Positions 61,661 to 64,000 of a DNA stretch of 64,000 nt are shown here, piece by piece. Source of the DNA: Mytilus trossulus (lineage: Eukaryota); contig NC_086376.1 of the NCBI RefSeq assembly GCF_036588685.1, forward strand, positions 36,146,001-36,210,000, given 5' to 3'. The notes beneath the pieces are model-generated. The model had not been told where the DNA came from, searched no databases, and saw only the letters and a list, made by a program, of their open reading frames with translations. A program made the position numbers and the translations under genes. Every line of letters begins with the position of its first letter. Within the stretch, counting starts at the first letter, position 1.

Positions 61661-63651
61661 AGCCGGGGTCACACATTCACGATTTTTACTACCGTCCTTG
61701 ACAGGACCATTACCGATTAACAAAAATTAAAAGTCTGATCAAGATCCTGTGAATCGTGGATGGAAATTCAAACTTAAAATAAAATTTGTAAAAAAATTAA
61801 TTTGATCACGACAACAATCAGATAGTGTTCAGGAAGCGTCGATATTCAACCGTTTCTAAGGGAATTAGTCCCGATAATCCCGTTCTGAATCAGCATCTAA
61901 TCCGATTTGTATTTTTCGCCAGGTAAAATTCGACCGAGTCTGTCATGACTGCGTCCCGACTCTACCGAATGTAATCCGACAAAGATCAGACAGTGACCAG
62001 ACAGTTAACCGACGCTGACGGAAGTTATCCGTTCGAAAACTGTCGGCATATTCGGGATAATCAGGTACTGTCGGAACGTAATCCTATCATGATCCGCTAT
62101 ATCGTATTGCAAACGGCTTTGTCTGGTCTCAGTCGTATTGTATTCTGTAATTGTCGGGACTCGCACGTGGGTATCATTGACGAATTTCGTCTTAATAACG
62201 GGACTGTTACGGAACGGTTTCGGCAAAAAACGGTTCGCAATCGACAAGATCTGAATGCAATCTGGACTCAATCGGCAGAAAAACAGCTATGAAAAATTTC
62301 TCCAGATCATTCCCGTTCCACAGGACATCGTCCAGAATACACAAGACATTGTTCGGAAATCGATCCGATGCAGCAGAATCTGTCACGACATAGCCACGAT
62401 AGTAATCCGACTAGACAATATCGGCTGAGTTGCCCCGAATGTTACGGGACGCACCTAATGCGGGGTTCACACATTGCCGATTATTGCTCCCGTTTGAGAT
62501 CAGACAGCAATACGATATGAAAAGTGAAAAAGTCGGATTGGTATCCTCAATTATCTGGAATGTCCTATCATTGTCTGAACGCATTCGTTTTAGTTCGTAA
62601 CAGATTCCTACGGATCGGGAAGGGTCCGAATAGTTCGGCAAAGCATCCCGACAGATAGGTGCGTCCCGTAACATTCGGGGCAACTCAGCCGATTTTGTCT
62701 AATCGGATTACAATCGTGGCTATGTCGTGACAGATTCTGCTGTATCGGATCGAATTCCGAACAATGTCTTGTGTATTCTGGACGGTGTCCTGTGAAACGG
62801 GAATGATCCGGAGTAATTTTTCATAGTTGTTTTTCTGCCGATTGAGTCCAGATTGCATCCAGATCTTGTCGATTGCGAACCGTTTTTTGCCGAAACCGTT
62901 CCGAAACAGTCCCGTTATTAATACGAAATTCGTCAACGATACCCACGTCAGAGTCCCGACAACTACAGAATACAATACGACTGAGACCAGACAAAGCCGT
63001 TTGCAATGCGATAGAGCGGACCGTGATAGGATTACGTTCCGACAGTACCTGATCATCCCGAATATGCCGACAGTTTTCGAACAAATAACTTCCGTCAGCG
63101 TCGGTTCACAGTCTGGCCACTGTCTGATCTCAGTCGGATTACATTCGGTAGAGTCGGGACGCAGTCGTGACAGACTCGGTCGAATTTTACCTGGCGAAAA
63201 ATACAAATCGGATTAGAAGCGGATTCAAAACGGGATTATCGGGACTTATTCGCTTAGAAACGGTTGAATATCGGTGCTTCCTGAACACTATCTGATTGTT
63301 GTCGTGATCAAATTATTTTTTTTACAAATTTTAATTTAAGTTTGAATTTCCATCCACGATTCACAGGATCTTGATCAGACTTTTAATAAAATTTAATCGG
63401 GAATGGTCCTATCAAGAACGGTAGTAAAAATCGTGAATGTGTGACCCCAGCTTAACTGTCGGGGTGCTTTGCCGAACTATTCGGAACCTTCCCGACCCGT
63501 AGGAATCTGTTACGAACTAAAACGACTGCGTTCAGACAATGATAGGACATTCCAGATAATTGAGGATACTAATCCGACTTTTTCACTATTCGTGTCGTAA
63601 TGAGGTCTGATCTCAAACGGGAGCAATAATCGGCAATGTGTGAACCCCGCA
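61661..63651 (-). mobile_element. Harbinger-like element, copy 2 (inverted), split by copy 3
   Basis: TTA TSD at 61658-61660 and 63652-63654. Segments 61661-62455 and 63456-63651 together make one reverse-complement copy. Confidence 0.92.
62459..63452 (+). mobile_element. Harbinger-like element, copy 3, nested in copy 2
   Basis: TAA TSD at 62456-62458 and 63453-63455; full-length, 994 bp. Confidence 0.93.
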
Positions 63652-64000
63652 TTAACATGGATCAAAATGAATTACATATTTTTCAAAGTCAATTTCTGAA
63701 CGGATTTATAAGTACACCCACCCTCAACATAAAATTAAATAGATCTTCTTTTTAAAATAAGAAAAAAATTGCATAATATAATAATCTTTTATTCGTAAGC
63801 AATACAACTTATAGAATTATTCTATTTTATATTCAATATAAATATTATAAATTTCAAATTGGACCTTCCTCCGCCAGTGTAAAACGCAGTTCGATTCCAA
63901 AACATAACGGTATCGTCTTTTAATTTTAAAGGTGATAAAACATTCACACCTTGCGATAACTTATTCATACGAAACGCTCGTTCAAAAGCGTTTTGAATGT

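Noticed and set aside
55689-63216. Recurrent ORFs in the ~995-bp element as a possible transposase or gene family
   Set aside because: Stops and starts differ between copies and no DDE or Myb motif is visible; the element is non-autonomous.

Overview
AT-rich eukaryotic (animal) genomic DNA. The repeat families suggest a bivalve mollusc, probably Mytilus (inference). Two minus-strand protein-coding genes were rebuilt by hand from GT-AG splice sites and reading phase. (1) 33969->1, running off the left edge: 21 exons, ~896 aa so far, of an alpha-2-macroglobulin/thioester-protein family gene. It has a signal peptide, MG1-MG4 and the start of MG5. It then continues in frame into phase-1 modular exons that do not belong to A2M: His/Pro-rich linker, furin-type site RRKKR, an I-set Ig domain, two 6-Cys modules and a PAN/apple domain. 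(2) 61038->42092: a two-coding-exon gene for a 2452-aa secreted, extremely Lys-rich protein in which no Cys was seen. It is built from 15-residue helical repeats, seven 117/118-aa repeats and 34-aa amphipathic repeats; its signal-peptide exon lies 11.6 kb upstream of a 7.27-kb exon. Introns and intergenic DNA are full of non-autonomous DNA transposons, Helitron/Helentron derivatives, LINE remnants and minisatellites. These include an element inserted inverted into a copy of itself (~2-kb palindrome) and a 37-bp hairpin resembling a P-element excision footprint. One N gap at 38100-38236.
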